Below, in pieces: positions 1 through 18,658 of a DNA stretch of 63,190 bases. The notes below the pieces were generated by a model. That model searched no databases and was not told the origin of the DNA. It was given only the letters and a program-made list of their open reading frames with translations. Positions within the stretch are counted from its first letter, which is position 1; every line of letters begins with the position of its first letter. A program made the position numbers and the translations under genes. The stretch is from Folioceros fuciformis (taxonomy: Eukaryota): positions 294,309 to 357,498 of the forward strand of contig JBNGIO010006298.1 of assembly GCA_049999805.1 (NCBI GenBank), read 5' to 3'.

Positions 1-544
1 TGAAATGAAGGACAACAAATCAAGGATGTTTATAATTTTTTTATATCAATCAAATGTATTTGATTTTAATATAAATTTAAAAAAATTAAATTTGTTAATT
101 AATGATGTCTGATTTAAAAAGGTGTTTCTCCAGTCAAAATGGGACTTAGTGAGAATTCAAACAATTTCATGTGATTTTTGATTTTTTCCCCTTCTATTTT
201 TTTTTCTGCTTTGTTTTTTTTTTTTTTTGTGGCTTTTTGTAAGGGTTCGATGATATCCTTCATCGATCTTGAGGAAAAATTTCACTTTGATGTCAATGCC
301 ATTGGCTGCAATCACTACATATAGCATAACCACTAGGAATTTTGGAGGGATGAATATATTTAGAGCTTCCAATTCATTGTAATTTTAGCATGCTATGGTT
401 TTGGCAAAAAGCTATGCTTCGAGAAATTTAGAGAACTGATTAGCACGCCTATTTGACCTTGGTGAATTAGTTCATGTCAATCTTCCATGGCATTACTAAA
501 ACCTACCATTGTATATTATTTACGCAAATGTTTCTTTCTCATGT

Positions 545-646
545 TCCAAAAACAAGGTTGTTTACACGTGTGGAGTACTACTAAGGACATAAGTGTCCAA
601 AAACAAGGTTGTTTACGAGTGTGGAGTACTACTAAGGACATAAGTG
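545..646. repeat. 51-bp tandem duplication
   Basis: tccaaaaacaaggttgtttac...aaggacataagtg at 545 and 596. Confidence 0.85.
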
Positions 647-2414
647 ACCTTAAATGACTACAAACACAAACGACTAATTGAAGGGCCAATGATTTCGTAC
701 TTTTTTTTCCCCTTCTATCGTTCTATGTGTTTAGGACAGGGTAGTGATTTCGGTTTACGTCGTAGAGATAAACCTATACATACAGAATACATATAGAGGT
801 CAACCTACGAGATAGGTAAGGGCTAAAGCAAGAGCTTCTAGGATCATTCATTTCTAGAGAAGGAGATTGAGTTCTAAGTCTCATATTTAGAGAGCTATGG
901 AGAGCATAGCTAGTAATTTTGGCGAAGAGTCACAAGGACAATATCGAGTTGCATGGAGATATTCAGACTCTATTTGGGTAGTACTTGGAATAAAAACCAA
1001 TTCCCCTAAATTCTCTTAGGAGGTGTTTTGTCCATGAATATAATTTAGTGATTTGAGAGTTATGGGCTAGTCTCTCTTTAAGAGTAGATGGGCATGATAT
1101 GAGGGCATTGAAATCAGCCTGGATAGCTTCTTCATTGGTTGCATGAAGGGTGTTGGTTTTAGATTTGATGTTGGAAGTGTGAAAAGGGTACTTAAAAAAC
1201 TCCTTGTCAATATCTTGATCCTTGTAGTAGGATATATTATAAGCACCATCATAATAGATAAGGTGATTTGATTATTATGATGGTAGAAAGTGAGATCCTA
1301 TATAATGGAATACAATCATGAAGAAGAAGCATGTGGATAAGGCTTCAAGAATTAAGTCAGTTGTATTTTAATTTCTACATGAAATGGTTTACATAAGTTG
1401 AGTGCATTAGAATAACTGTTGTTTGTTCCCTCTGGTAGCTAAGGCCCCTATTATTGGGTAGGTTAGTTGCTGTTCAGTGGGTTGTATTTGCACAGTCGTA
1501 TCGTCTGCTACTGCTCTAGCATTGCCACTTGCTGAGGCCCAGCTTTGCGCTGGCTTGCCCCGCCGTCCCGTCCAGTATTCCCTCGTAGCTCTTGCGGAGC
1601 AGGGGCCTCTATTGTCTTGGGAGCTACGCGCTTCTGAATAGGTATCAAACGGACGCCCTGAAGCATATCATGACGTGGCAAATTCGGTGAAGGATGCTCC
1701 TGAAATGGAGTCTTTGACGATTTCAGAGCCAGGTGACTTCATCACTTATAGCTTTCCTGTATGCTTCAGGCTTCTCCACAGTGGAGCATGTCATGTCCCT
1801 GTCTGCTAAGCTGGTGTGCGTCTCTGTTTTGTGACAAGGACAGACTCCAGTGACCCCAGTAGATAATGAGCCTCTTCAGTTGCTGCAATTTGTTCTGCTC
1901 AGGATCGAGTGGATGCGAAGGCTCAGTCTGTGAGTTAGGTCTTGTGATGAGGGTAGATCTGTAGCCTGCGGGAAAGGAGACGATTGTCATCCTCTGAGTG
2001 AACAAGTAGGGCACGTGAGACGTGGGAACACATCTCAAGCTGCAGCTGCTGGCTTATCCTGCTGTTTCTCTGGACCGAAATTGTAGCGAATTATCAGGGA
2101 ATGAAGGGGCCCACTGATCTGCGGATGGTGATGATGAATGTTTCCATTGTTCCAGATCACTCTATGTCCCACCCGGCTGGTCACTGATTGGCATGCAATC
2201 TACGGGTTACGTTTATGATCATCAGGGAACAGCCAGCGATTCTGACTACAGCACTGATTTCCAAGCAGTCGTCAAGTTCTTGTTCATAATTCTTCCGGCT
2301 GCAGAGATGTTCGGTGGAAGTTTCGGGTTATCACAGGTTTAGCCTAATCTGTTCTTTTGAAGTCTTCCTTATACTGGGTGTTGCCTTTGTGCAGAGCCTA
2401 CTGTAGTGCAAGGA

Positions 2415-5400
2415 ATGGCTACTGCGGATGAACCATTATATCCGATCGCGATTTTGATTGAAGAGTTGAGAAATGAGAACATTCAGCAACGGCTTAATTC
2501 TATACACCGCCTGAACATTATTGCTCTTGCACTTGGAGCGGAGAGAACACGCACGGAGCTAATTCCCTTTCTGAGTGAAAACAATGATGATGATGACGAG
2601 GTACTGCTTGCCATGGCAGAAGAGTTGGGCTCTTTCATTCCTTATGTCGGAGGAGTGGATTATGCACATGTTCTGTTGCCACCTTTAGAAACTCTTTGCA
2701 ATGTGGAAGAGACAATTGTCAGAGATAAGGCAGTTGAGTCCCTCTGCAAGATTGGTTCAGCTATGAAGGAGCGCGATGTCGCAGACTGGTTCATACCTCT
2801 TGTTAAGGTAGCTCGCCGTGCCTGTTCTTCATGTTGACTACCAGCAGAATATTCCAAGATTTGCAAACAAGCAAACTGGATGTGCCTTGCCTGTGGACCC
2901 CTTTCTGACCTCTGCACTGTAAAAACTTCGATCTTCCTCTCTGCGACCCCTGCTATACTCTGCTTGCAACTGGGAGGCCTGTATCATGTGGTTTATTGGA
3001 AACCTACCTGTCTCAGTCGTTAGAAAAGGGCACATTAGAGCTGTGTGTTTTTACCCCATTGTGTTTTGGAACTTGTGATTCAGGTGCCTGTAAGGGTTAC
3101 CTCTTGCTGAAAGCACTTCTTTTGTTTTGTGCAGAGACTGGGTGCTGGGGAATGGTTCACATCTCGGGTTTCTGCCAGTGGGCTATTCCACATTGCCTAT
3201 CCAAATGCACCAGATCTCATTCGTGCAGAATTACGATCTGTATATAATCAGCTCTGCCATGATGATACTCCCATGGTTAGGAGGGCGGCAGCCACTAATC
3301 TAGGAAAGTTTGCTGCAACTGTGGAGCCTGTGCATCTAAAGTCAGATGTCATGACTTTCTTCAAAGACCTGACTGTAGATGGTGAGCATGTCGTAGTAAC
3401 ATGACGGTTCTGCTGTGTCAAGTGAGGCCTGCGAGTGGTATTCACTGTCATTCAAGTTTCTGACTGCTACCTTTTTTTACGTGCAGAACAAGATTCTGTA
3501 AGACTCCTGGCTGTGGAAGGGTGTGCAGCTCTGGGCAAACTACTTGAGCCTCAGGATTGTGCTGCCCATATCCTCCCCGTTGTACTAGGCTTCGCACAGG
3601 TGTGTGTGCAACATTGTGCCATTTTTGTCAATCAAAACCTGGTTACCATTGAGCGGATGTTGGCTGATGATGTGATGTGATGTGCCTTCCTGTACTTAGG
3701 ATAAATCATGGCGTGTGCGGTACATGGTAGCTAACCAGTTGTACGAATTGTGTGAAGCAACTGGCCCGCAGTTGACCAGGTAGAACTGGACGAGAAAGTG
3801 GGTGCCACCAGTCCACTGTTGTATTGTGACTTGCACTGTTAGGTTATTCTTAGAGAAACTCAACTAATTGCATCTGGCTCTTGTAAAAAGCACGGAGCTG
3901 GTCCCAGCCTACGTGCGCCTACTGCGGGACGTTGAGGCTGAGGTTCGGATTGCAGCTGCTGGGAAGGTTACGAAGTTTTGCAAAATCATAAGCCCACAGC
4001 AAGCTATACAACAAATTATTCCGTGTGTAAAGGTCAGTGCGGATTAGAGATGCCCACACTGTTCTTCTGATATTGATTTGATGGAAATCCTTTCTTGTAT
4101 TGCACTGTGGTTGATTGCCTTGCCCTGCATGAACAGGATTTGTCTTCAGATGCCTCTCAGCATGTGCGAGCTGCTCTGGCATCTGTCATAATGGGCCTAG
4201 CTCCAGTTTTAGGAAAGGTAAGCGCTCTGATTGTTGGAGATGTACTACATATTTAATCTGTCCCGTATGAGGATACAGGAAGGTGTTCTCGGGTCAAGGC
4301 CGTGTGTGCATATTGTGAGGACTGCCCTGTGAGATAACCTACTGACTGTGCTGCTGATGTGATCTGCGTTCGGTGGTTAGGAGGCAACCATTGACCAGCT
4401 CCTGCCGACATTCCTTGTGCTGTTGAAAGACGAGTTCCCGGATGTGAGGCTCAATATTATTAGCAAGCTTGATCAATTCAATCAGGTAATTCACTTGAGT
4501 GATTTGTCCGTATGGCCCTATCCAATTTCTCCCCAAAGTAAGAACTTGGTCATGTCTTTGCTTGCACATGGCTGACTCCAGAGATGACCCTGTAGGTTAT
4601 AGGTATCGACCTTCTTTCGTCTCTTCTTCCTGCAATAGCGGAGCTCGCTAACGACAAGCATTGGCGTGTCCGGCTTGCAATAATCACATATATACCACTG
4701 TTAGCCAGCCAGTTGGGGGAGGAGTTTTTCAGCAACAAGCTTGGTGGGCTTTGCATGCATTGGCTAGGCGACCAGGTCCAGCTTCCAGACCATGGTGAAC
4801 ATGCTACATGTGGCACACATGTCGTCAAGATTTTAGCTTGACAAGCTTGCCTGATGTTGCAAGGCAGGTATACTCAATACGAGAAGCTGCTGCTAATAAC
4901 TTGAAGTGTCTGGCTGAAGAATTTGGTCGTGACTGGGCTTTGCAGAACATGATTCCACAGGTTAGTTTCTGCTCATTCGGTTGGAAATTTGAAGATCTTC
5001 ATCAATGCACTGTGGGTGAATGCATTATAAGACTGGAAACTTGCAGGTGCTGGAGATGATGAAGAATCCTCATTACCTTTTCCGGATGACTGCGTTATAT
5101 ACGATATCTCTGCTTGCCCCTGTCATGGGGTCTCAAATTTTCTCTGAAACCATGCTGCCGGTAGTAATCAACGCAGCCAAAGACAGGTACTTGTTGTTTT
5201 AGCTTCTTGTCATTGTGCTCCCAAGCACTCAGATTCCTAATTTCGAACTGATTTGTGCACCTGATTGCTGGATGCTTCACAGGGTTCCTAACATCAGATT
5301 TAATGTAGCGAAAATCCTTGAAACACTAATGTCGAGCACGGACCGATCGGTATGTGGGTTACAAGAATTTTATTTTGAATTTTAAAGTTCCTCTTGGGTG

Positions 5401-5605
5401 GGCCTATTGGTGCGTGAGTTGTGTTTGCTATCTTGAAGGATACCATATTTTTTCCTGAAGCAGGACAGTGGTATTCTTTTTGTAGGTTGTGGAGCAAACA
5501 TTCAAGCCTTGTTTGCTGGAACTTGTGGAAGATAGGGACGTGGATGTGAAATTCTTTGCCTCCCAGGCCTTGGAGGCTTACGAACGACTTCCTCCAGCCG
5601 CATAA
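2415..5605 (+). CDS. PP2AA: Protein phosphatase 2A scaffold (A, 65 kDa) subunit, multi-exon HEAT-repeat protein
   Basis: ATG 2415 [21 protein letters not shown]...; later exons give [53 protein letters not shown] and [11 protein letters not shown]; last exon [39 protein letters not shown] (TAA 5603-5605); GT-AG introns. Confidence 0.96.
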
Positions 5606-7345
5606 TGCTCAGGTGGTCCTGAAATTCCATTTATGTTGGTCGAACCGCGCAAGATACTCATCTCGTGGTTCAAAAGGCAGCTTCACTTTACAATGCGTGA
5701 TTCACTTGTATAGCAGCCAAGCTATTAATGTGGCACCGCGAAGCTATGAGCAGATGTCAATTCCGTCGCGTACTACTACTGCTGGATGACTGAAGACTGA
5801 TGACTGGTTGTCTTGCGCTGAAGTAGGGCTTGGTTGCAGTTACCCATTGATAACGAGTTAAAAGAACACAGTTGTAGGACCTGGTGATTCTGGAGAGCCA
5901 CTAGGCGGCGTTGAATGTTCCAGCAGGAATTTAGTGCCCGTGTTGTACATTTTTTTAACATTTCAGAACAAAAACAATTTTAACCAATGCGCGAGTGTGC
6001 GCTGTGAATGACCTATTTTCCTAGCGAACCAATCTTAACATATTTCGCTGTTTTTTCATTTTGTTTCTACATGCAACCCTAACCCTAATTAACAAAACAA
6101 ACCACAGGAGCACTTCAAATTGAGGGCTGATATATTACGAGGTGTGGGATGTTTTGGAAATCTTCCGTGCATGTTATAGGTAAAATTGTACTTCGTCTTT
6201 TTTGAAATTGGTGGCAAGTGACCCTTTAGCCCTCTTCAATTATTTCTCCTTACTTTTAGGGCATACAGGATCTCCATCAAATGAAAAACGTAAGGCTATG
6301 TCTAATTGCCTTTTGTGAGGCTGCCGCACCTTAGTAATTAAGATTTTGTCAACTTAAGAGGATCGTAAAACATTTTCAGAATTCCCCAGGCGAGTGTCAC
6401 ACAAGTTTCCACAAAGGTTGGAACACGATTTGTGAGTAGTGAATAAAACAAGACAACAGTCAGTTGTATTTTGAAGAGAGTCTCCAAGAGATGAGAGCTA
6501 GGGCTGAAGCACCAGAGCAGTAACTAGCCCCTATGATCCTACATCTAAAAATGATTAAATGATCTTTCCTATCAAAATTATCAAATCATCGACCTTTTAA
6601 ATACTTCAAACTGCCCGCCCTTGGACAATTTGGTGTTCAGGAATACGAAAGGCTCCCATAATACAAAGAAGAAGGAAAAAAAACGGGGGTTAAGAAGCTA
6701 AGATGAGCTAATACAAATAGAGTCCGCAGAACCAGGGCGCGGTTGGAAGTTGACGCCTCGTGTAAATCCCAATTTTCCCCGCTATCATGGACTGAGAGGA
6801 TGCGGTAAGAGGACGAGTAAACAAAATCAAGCTCCACAGAAGTCGTACGTGAGTACTTAATTGCCATACACGAGAACCGATAGACGATCCAATGAAATAG
6901 AGATCCTTGACTGCGCGTGCCACTGCACGACCTAAAGTTCATGAGTAAGAAGGGGGTCCCTGGAGACCTATGTGACAGGGGGCAGACAACTTTCCCATCA
7001 ACCCCCATGTCTGAAGTTCTGTCAGTCTTGTCAATAGACAAAATCAGATCAGAGGTGCCCGCTCGGATCCGTTGCCTCGTCAGGAACAAGAAATACATCA
7101 GGCTGCCACAGCCAACAGTGACAAAGGTAGAAACATTGGTTATCATCCCCCCTAAATAGCACCTCTGTAGCATATTAATCCACCCATGCCGGACCAAGGA
7201 TGTGATACAAACAGCCGTAGATACCAACACCTTGGCGCCAAGGAGCCCCATACAGGGAGTCATAAAACTGCTCCAAACGATTACGGCCACAAGAGGAGAG
7301 AGAAAAACGTGCCCCGCCCACGCTTCTAAACACTTTGCACTGGAT

Positions 7346-11109
<3,764 letters not shown>

Positions 11110-11303
11110 CTTAGATGCACGCGGTGTGCAGACAGCGCAGCGAGTCAGAACGGCTGAGAACGGCAACCACACCGCAACCCCTTCCTCGAGAGAAATCGCC
11201 GGACTTCCTCCGCTCGGGTCGCAACTTTTGATATCACACTCCGTTGCGTGGCGCCAGGAGCTCGACCACCAGCCCGCCCGCAAAAAGCAGAGACGGGGCA
11301 ATG

Positions 11304-11312
11304 AAACCCTAA
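11304..11312. promoter_or_regulatory. Telo-box (AAACCCTAA) near the 5' end of the DBP2-family gene
   Basis: Exact AAACCCTAA about 200 bp upstream of the ATG. Telo-boxes are typical of plant ribosome-biogenesis and translation gene promoters. Confidence 0.5.
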
Positions 11313-11911
11313 TCCTGCTAGTTTAAAAGGAGCGGGTGGAGCGCAAGCAACCACGGTCCAAAATGTCGCAACCACTGTTTCCCTGGGTACCTACTTCCAA
11401 GGCACCTGTGGTGAGTTTGGGTTAGCCTTATGCAGATAGACTTATGAAGGCCCTTGAGAGGAAAAGGCTCGGACGCAGCCAGCGAGAAAACGAATAGAAG
11501 AAGGAAATTCTAGCTTTAAAGTCAGAACAGTGGTTAATCACCTGTAAGTATTATCGTCCATCAAAATCAACAAATAATTTAATTTAATCATTATTTATCA
11601 CTTGGGGATACTTTCTTCTTTCAATATGAACACTCCTTTCATTCCTCAAAGCCAATATCCTACTAGCAAAGCAAAGTTAAGCAACAGACTCCAAGCTTCT
11701 AAGGATAGGAGCCTGTCTTCATAGAATGAGACACTTGCAAGGAAGAAAACACACTTCTCTAATCTTGGGACAAAGATTCCACAAAACTGAAGTCTTCCTG
11801 ATAGATTTGAATAGATCTTACTAATGCTCTTCAAACTTTCAACATAGCACCCATTATCATTACCTTGAACAGACTAATCTTACTTATACTCTTCAAGCAT
11901 TCAAAGCACAC

Positions 11912-12192
11912 AACTCACTCATAGCCAAAGACCTTGTGTGCTCTCCAACTATCTCATTTGAAGAGAAAATTTCAAGAGGATGGATTGTAAGGGAAGGAGA
12001 TTGTTTCCTCTACAGCCATTGTGTGAACAACTAAATTTTGACCTTCCTAATGAACTCACTCATAGCTGAAGGCCTTGCGAACTCTCCACCTATCTCCTTT
12101 GAAGAGGAAATTTCAAGGGGATGGATTGTAAGGGAAGGAGATTGTTTCCTCTACAGTCATTGTGTGAACAGCTGAATTTTGATCTTCCTAAT
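11912..12192. repeat. 141-bp tandem duplication (2 diverged copies)
   Basis: aactcactcatagc...ttcctaat starts at 11912 and again at 12053. Confidence 0.85.
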
Positions 12193-12228
12193 CAAGCCAT
12201 ATGAAAGCTTGTAGGGGCTAATGTACTT

Positions 12229-12579
12229 TGATAAGCAGCTTGATTACTTGCTCCCTCTCTTGACACTGAGCTTGAAGATGGGTGCATGAGTGAGATAATG
12301 AGTGAGATAAGCTTTCTCAAGCTTGATAAGCAGCTTGCTTACTTGCTCCCTCTCTTCACATTGAGCTTGAAGATGGGTGCATGAGTGAGATAAAGCTTTA
12401 TGAAGCTTGATAAGCAGCTTGCTTACTTGCTCCCTCTCTTGACACTGAGCTTGAAGATGGGTGCATGAGTGAGATAAAGCTTTCTGAAGCTTGAAAAGCA
12501 GCTTGCTTACTTGCTCTCTCTCTTGACACTGAGCTGGAAGATGGGTGCATGAGTGAGATAAAGCTTTCTGAAGCTTGAA
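12229..12579. repeat. 84-bp tandem repeat, about 4 copies
   Basis: gcttacttgct recurs at 12337, 12421 and 12505 (spacing 84); one further, slightly longer copy begins near 12241. Confidence 0.9.
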
Positions 12580-13060
12580 GGGAAAGGGGAAGGAAGGTTG
12601 ACGAGACAGGACACCCGCGGATGTACGCATGTACCCAAAACTCTCAGACAATGTGAGCTTGTGGCATTAAAATGCGGCTGTTGTTGGGAGGGTTTATTCA
12701 GTTTAAGGAAACGGCAGTGAGAAGGGAGTGCAATGGCGGAGGGAAGGAAGCAGGTCTCGTCAGATGCTGCCGACAAATGTGTCACGGAAAGGTAAGACGA
12801 AAGGTGGTTGGATGGTTTAGGTCTGGGACAATGAGTCCAAGCCCTAGCACGTCGACAGCTCTTTTCACAGCCAGGCACGAAAGCCAGCCGAGGCCAGCCG
12901 GGAAAGAGAATGCCGTGATAAAAAGGCAGGCTGGAGCGCGAAACTTTCATCAGTCGCTTGTTCTCTCGGTTGCGGTGCGGAGCTAGCGCGCCTGTCTGCC
13001 CTGCCCGGCTCCTCTCGCTCCCGCCTCGCCGTGTCAGGTTTCTTTCACGCCGCGGGTACC

Positions 13061-14690
<1,630 letters not shown>

Positions 14691-15536
14691 ATGACTTGTG
14701 ACACTCTCTGTGAGAGTGCTAGGATCAACTCGCGGGTTGTTTTTTGTGTAGGACTTGCAGATGAGTTGTAGGTCTAACAAGGACAACAGTGATTATGTCT
14801 CGTCTCGGCTACAGAACTTCTCATTCCATCTTTTGACGCCCCATTATTTAAGTGATTGTGCTGCCAAATGATCAAATCAAGTCTTCCTCTTTGCTGCCAA
14901 ATTATTGGACCATCCTTTCGTCCGCGAGCAGTCGCGTGTTTCTGGCAACTCCCTAGACGAATCAGTCAACCTGCTTTGAAAGGCTCCAACTGGGATACCG
15001 AATCGAAAATATCTGTACCACGCACGTTCCCGACCCAGGACAGCTGCTACGGGACGAGAGAAACTGTAGGGTGGGATTCATGAGTCGTAAGTCTGTGTAG
15101 AGCAACGGTAATATGCTCAGCACTACGTATACATGTCACGTAATTGGTGGGCACCCTAAATTGGATATGTAGGAAGTGACGACGTTGCTTCCTGTTCCTT
15201 GTGCTGATGGAAGAAAACCCTCGCAGCAAATCGATGTTAGTACGGGGGCTTCAAAGTTTGGTTATTGATTGCTATGCAACGGAAAGCGTGGGAGGACGGG
15301 TTTGGAAGCACAGGCGGCGTGCGTGGGAAGCCTGGTGCATTTTGATAGGAGGATAGGAGTCTGGGGCTCACGGCTCGTCCTTGACGGACATTACCAGGAT
15401 TTGAGTTTGTTTGTCTTCCTCTTCACGTGGAAGGTCGGGGCGGCATGATTAACATTGTATAGCAAGGAGTGCTGTTACTGACTGGAATTCTTCTGCTCCA
15501 CGCTGTGCTACACCGAGAGGCGCTTGTTGAGCGGCC

Positions 15537-16885
15537 ATGAGGCGCGTGTTCGGTGCGAAAAAGGACAAGGTGCCCCCTCCCACTGTGGAGGAGGCGACCG
15601 AGAGGGTAACAGTCCTGTCTTCAGCTCTGCAGAGTCCCTGGAACCCAGTAGATAGCATCACGGCTTGTCGCAGTTGGGTTTGTCAAGAGCCTTTGTTGCG
15701 TAGGGTTTCGGAGTGCTTGATGCAGCTGGATGCCGTGGCTCTGCAGATTAACAAACGAGGAGATACTGTGGATGAGAAGATCAGGAAGCTTGACGGAGAA
15801 CTGGTGAAGTACAAGGAGCAACTGAAGAAAACGAGGCCTGGGCCTGCTCAAGAGGCCATCAAAGCACGTGCCATGAGGCTTTTGAAGCAAAAGAAGATGT
15901 AGCTCTCTGCGTATGATTCGTTTGGGGTTTCGATTGGTTGTTACATGGAGTGATTGGGAGTCTGACTAGGTTTTTTGTTGTCCTTTTTGGAACTGTAGGT
16001 ACGAGGCGCAGAGGGACCAGCTGTACAATCAGACTTTTAACCTGGAACAAGTCTCCTTTGCTACTGAAAGCATCAAAGATGCACAGCAAACTGTGAGTGG
16101 GTTGGTAGTGTTGGTAGTGGTAATTGGATTGCCGATGGACATAGGTTTCTGATGACGTGTGTCTGGTTTATCCAGATGGCGGCCATGAAGGTTGCTAACA
16201 AGGAGCTGAAGGGAACAATGAAGACGCTGAAAATTGATGACATCGATGTGAGCCTTGCTTGTCATCTGAACTTGACACGGGTTGTATGCTGAATTCTGTG
16301 CCTCCCGACCTCACCTGTGGCTTGTTGTGACAGAAAATGCAAGATGAGATGATGGATTTGGTTGATTACAGCTCTGAGATTCAAGAGTCGCTAGGTCGCA
16401 GTTACAGTGTGCCCGACGATCTAGATGAGGAAGAACTGATGGGTGGTGAGCTTTTTTGTCCATATTGCTTTGTACCTGTTGGATTCAGGCGTCAGAAGAG
16501 GATTTCTGTGGCTTGGATTCATGTTTTCTTACTTTTACTCTTGTGCAGAGCTCGATGCATTAGAAGCGGACATGGGTTTTGAGACACCCGAGAGTGTTCC
16601 TTCCTATTTGCAACCTGAAGCTGAACCTGAGCCGGATGCTGACTTAAACCTCCCAGTACCACCGTCTGGCCACAACCCTGTTCCACAGGCCAACCCTCAG
16701 GTGTGTTGCAGGACCGAGTGAGCCTTTTGGAATGCTGCAGATGAAGAATTTGGGTGTTTCGTAACGTGTGTTACAATTGGACCTACTGACATGGAACCCT
16801 CTTCCTAACAGCGGGCTTGATTGTGTGACAGGCTGCGGATGAATTCGGGTTTCCTCAAGTTCCAAGGACGTCATTACGTACATAG
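15537..16885 (+). CDS. VPS60: ESCRT-III-associated VPS60/CHMP5 (Snf7 family), multi-exon
   Basis: MRRVFGAKKDK...INKRGDTVDEKIRKLD...YEAQRDQLYNQTFNLEQV...SLGRSYSVPDDLDEEELMGELDALE; last exon AADEFGFPQVPRTSLRT* (TAG 16883-16885). Confidence 0.94.
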
Positions 16886-18658
16886 CACAAGGATTTGATT
16901 TAGACAGCAACCTCAGACGATATCGGGTGATTGTCTACACTGGCTTTGTTACATAAATTCTTCAGCCGGTAGGAGGTTATTGTTAGAGTTATTGCCTGTA
17001 CGATACATGTGTAATCAAATGAACTCTATTTGTACAGTTTGAGACCCACATTAAATAGCCTGCAGTGCACATTATAGGGGCTATGATCTTGTTACGAGTG
17101 TTGTGTTTGGCGCTGCGGACAAGGATGATGATGTGGAGAAGGATTAAGTGAATGTACTGTCCGTCCTCCTCTACTCGGTCGGCTCACCTTAGGGCACCCT
17201 GTTAGCGGCAGGCACACTTCTGGTTGTTCCTGCATTAACAGAATGCCCACAGACAGTTTGCAGCAGAATTAGTCAGGCTCTTTCTAGTGGAGTTGACTTC
17301 AGACACTGCCAGACATTTTTCAACATGGATGTCTAGATAGATGCACTGGTCTGGTAGTGTTTTCCCATTGTACATAGTGTGCTTGTCCAACAGGTTGGAA
17401 GTCTGTAGTAATAACCTGAGCCTTGTATTTGCATGGCACCCTGTGGCAGACAGCTATGCTTCTTGTTGCAGCTGGGGCCTAAGGATGCCTACAGAAGGAA
17501 TTGCATCAGAATTAGTTAACCCGTTCATGGTGGGGTTGACTTCAGACAGTGCAGGACAGTCCGAAAGTCTTGATGTTGCATGTTGGTCTTGTTGTGTTCG
17601 CCATGGAATGCTACTCCAAATACTGAAGAGCTAGTGACTAATACGGATGCTGTGTTCCCCTCGGCAGTACTCAGAGACGTTGCCAGCTTCTGTATGCTTT
17701 GGTAGTTTCGGTTTCTTTGTCATGCTGCTGCGTGAGTTCTCTGGAGTAAGAGTTAAGTACCGGAGAGTGCCATGTAGATACTCAATCCTGCGCTTATCAT
17801 GATACTCCGAAAAGCAACCTAGCTTGTGTCTGTCTGGGTAGTGACTCTTCGCTACCACGACTGATGGCAGAAGCACACAAATTCCGCTTCTAGTGATCGC
17901 CACCTTTCATTCGAACTTCTCTCCACAAGAATCTCCTTGCATAGCCTATTGCAAGGGGATGACCGTGGGAGAAGAGATTGACGATTCATGTTGGCCTCTG
18001 TATTACCAATGCCTTCTTCTTCGTGTTGAGTTGGCATTCATGTGCAATGGCACATTCACTGGTTAATGATGAGAGTGTACTAGTATGGTCGGCGATTTGA
18101 GTGTGTGCAGCGTCATATTGACAGTGCAGTCTAATGGTGTAATATTTGCTTGCGCGCTCGGATTATGGTTCGTCTCCCGTCAGTGCATCGTGTTTATCGT
18201 TTGAAACAGATCTTCATCCAGGACGAGGTTTACTTAGAATGGGGATATGTCGGGATTTAAGTGCGCCCAGGGCTTGTTCAGAACTTGATTAGAGTTTTTA
18301 GAATTCATTTTCTGCTGTTGGAACTCCTGGGTTAAGTAAGCATCTTGGAAGCTGTGACACCAGGCCGCCTCTCCCTGAAAGCCCTTCGAGACTGGTCTAA
18401 AGAAAGTACAAACTAGTAGAAGAAGGCTGTACACCTTTTGAACTGCGGTCACCAAACTTGGTAAGGAGCCTTGCATTGACACGGGAGAAAATGTGTCGAT
18501 AAGAAGCTAACCCTTCACACTCAGCACGGGGTGGCAGCCCTCGTGAGGGATGAGATGAGCCTTATCCCAAGGTAGCATTCCATCCAATGTGTGACTCGGT
18601 GCCGTCCTCAAGTTGTCATTAGTGCAGGACCTTCTCAGAAAGACAACTGGCCTCGAAA

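Noticed and set aside
1-1400. AT-rich region, possible TE remnant
   Set aside because: No terminal repeats or protein motifs could be recognised.
12244-12651. 135-aa repeat-protein ORF
   Set aside because: It is a by-product of the 84-bp tandem repeat, with no start context or recognisable domain.
17241-17558. Imperfect ~75-bp direct repeat in the VPS60-carboxypeptidase intergenic region
   Set aside because: It has two diverged copies with no TSD, termini or ORF, so no function can be supported.
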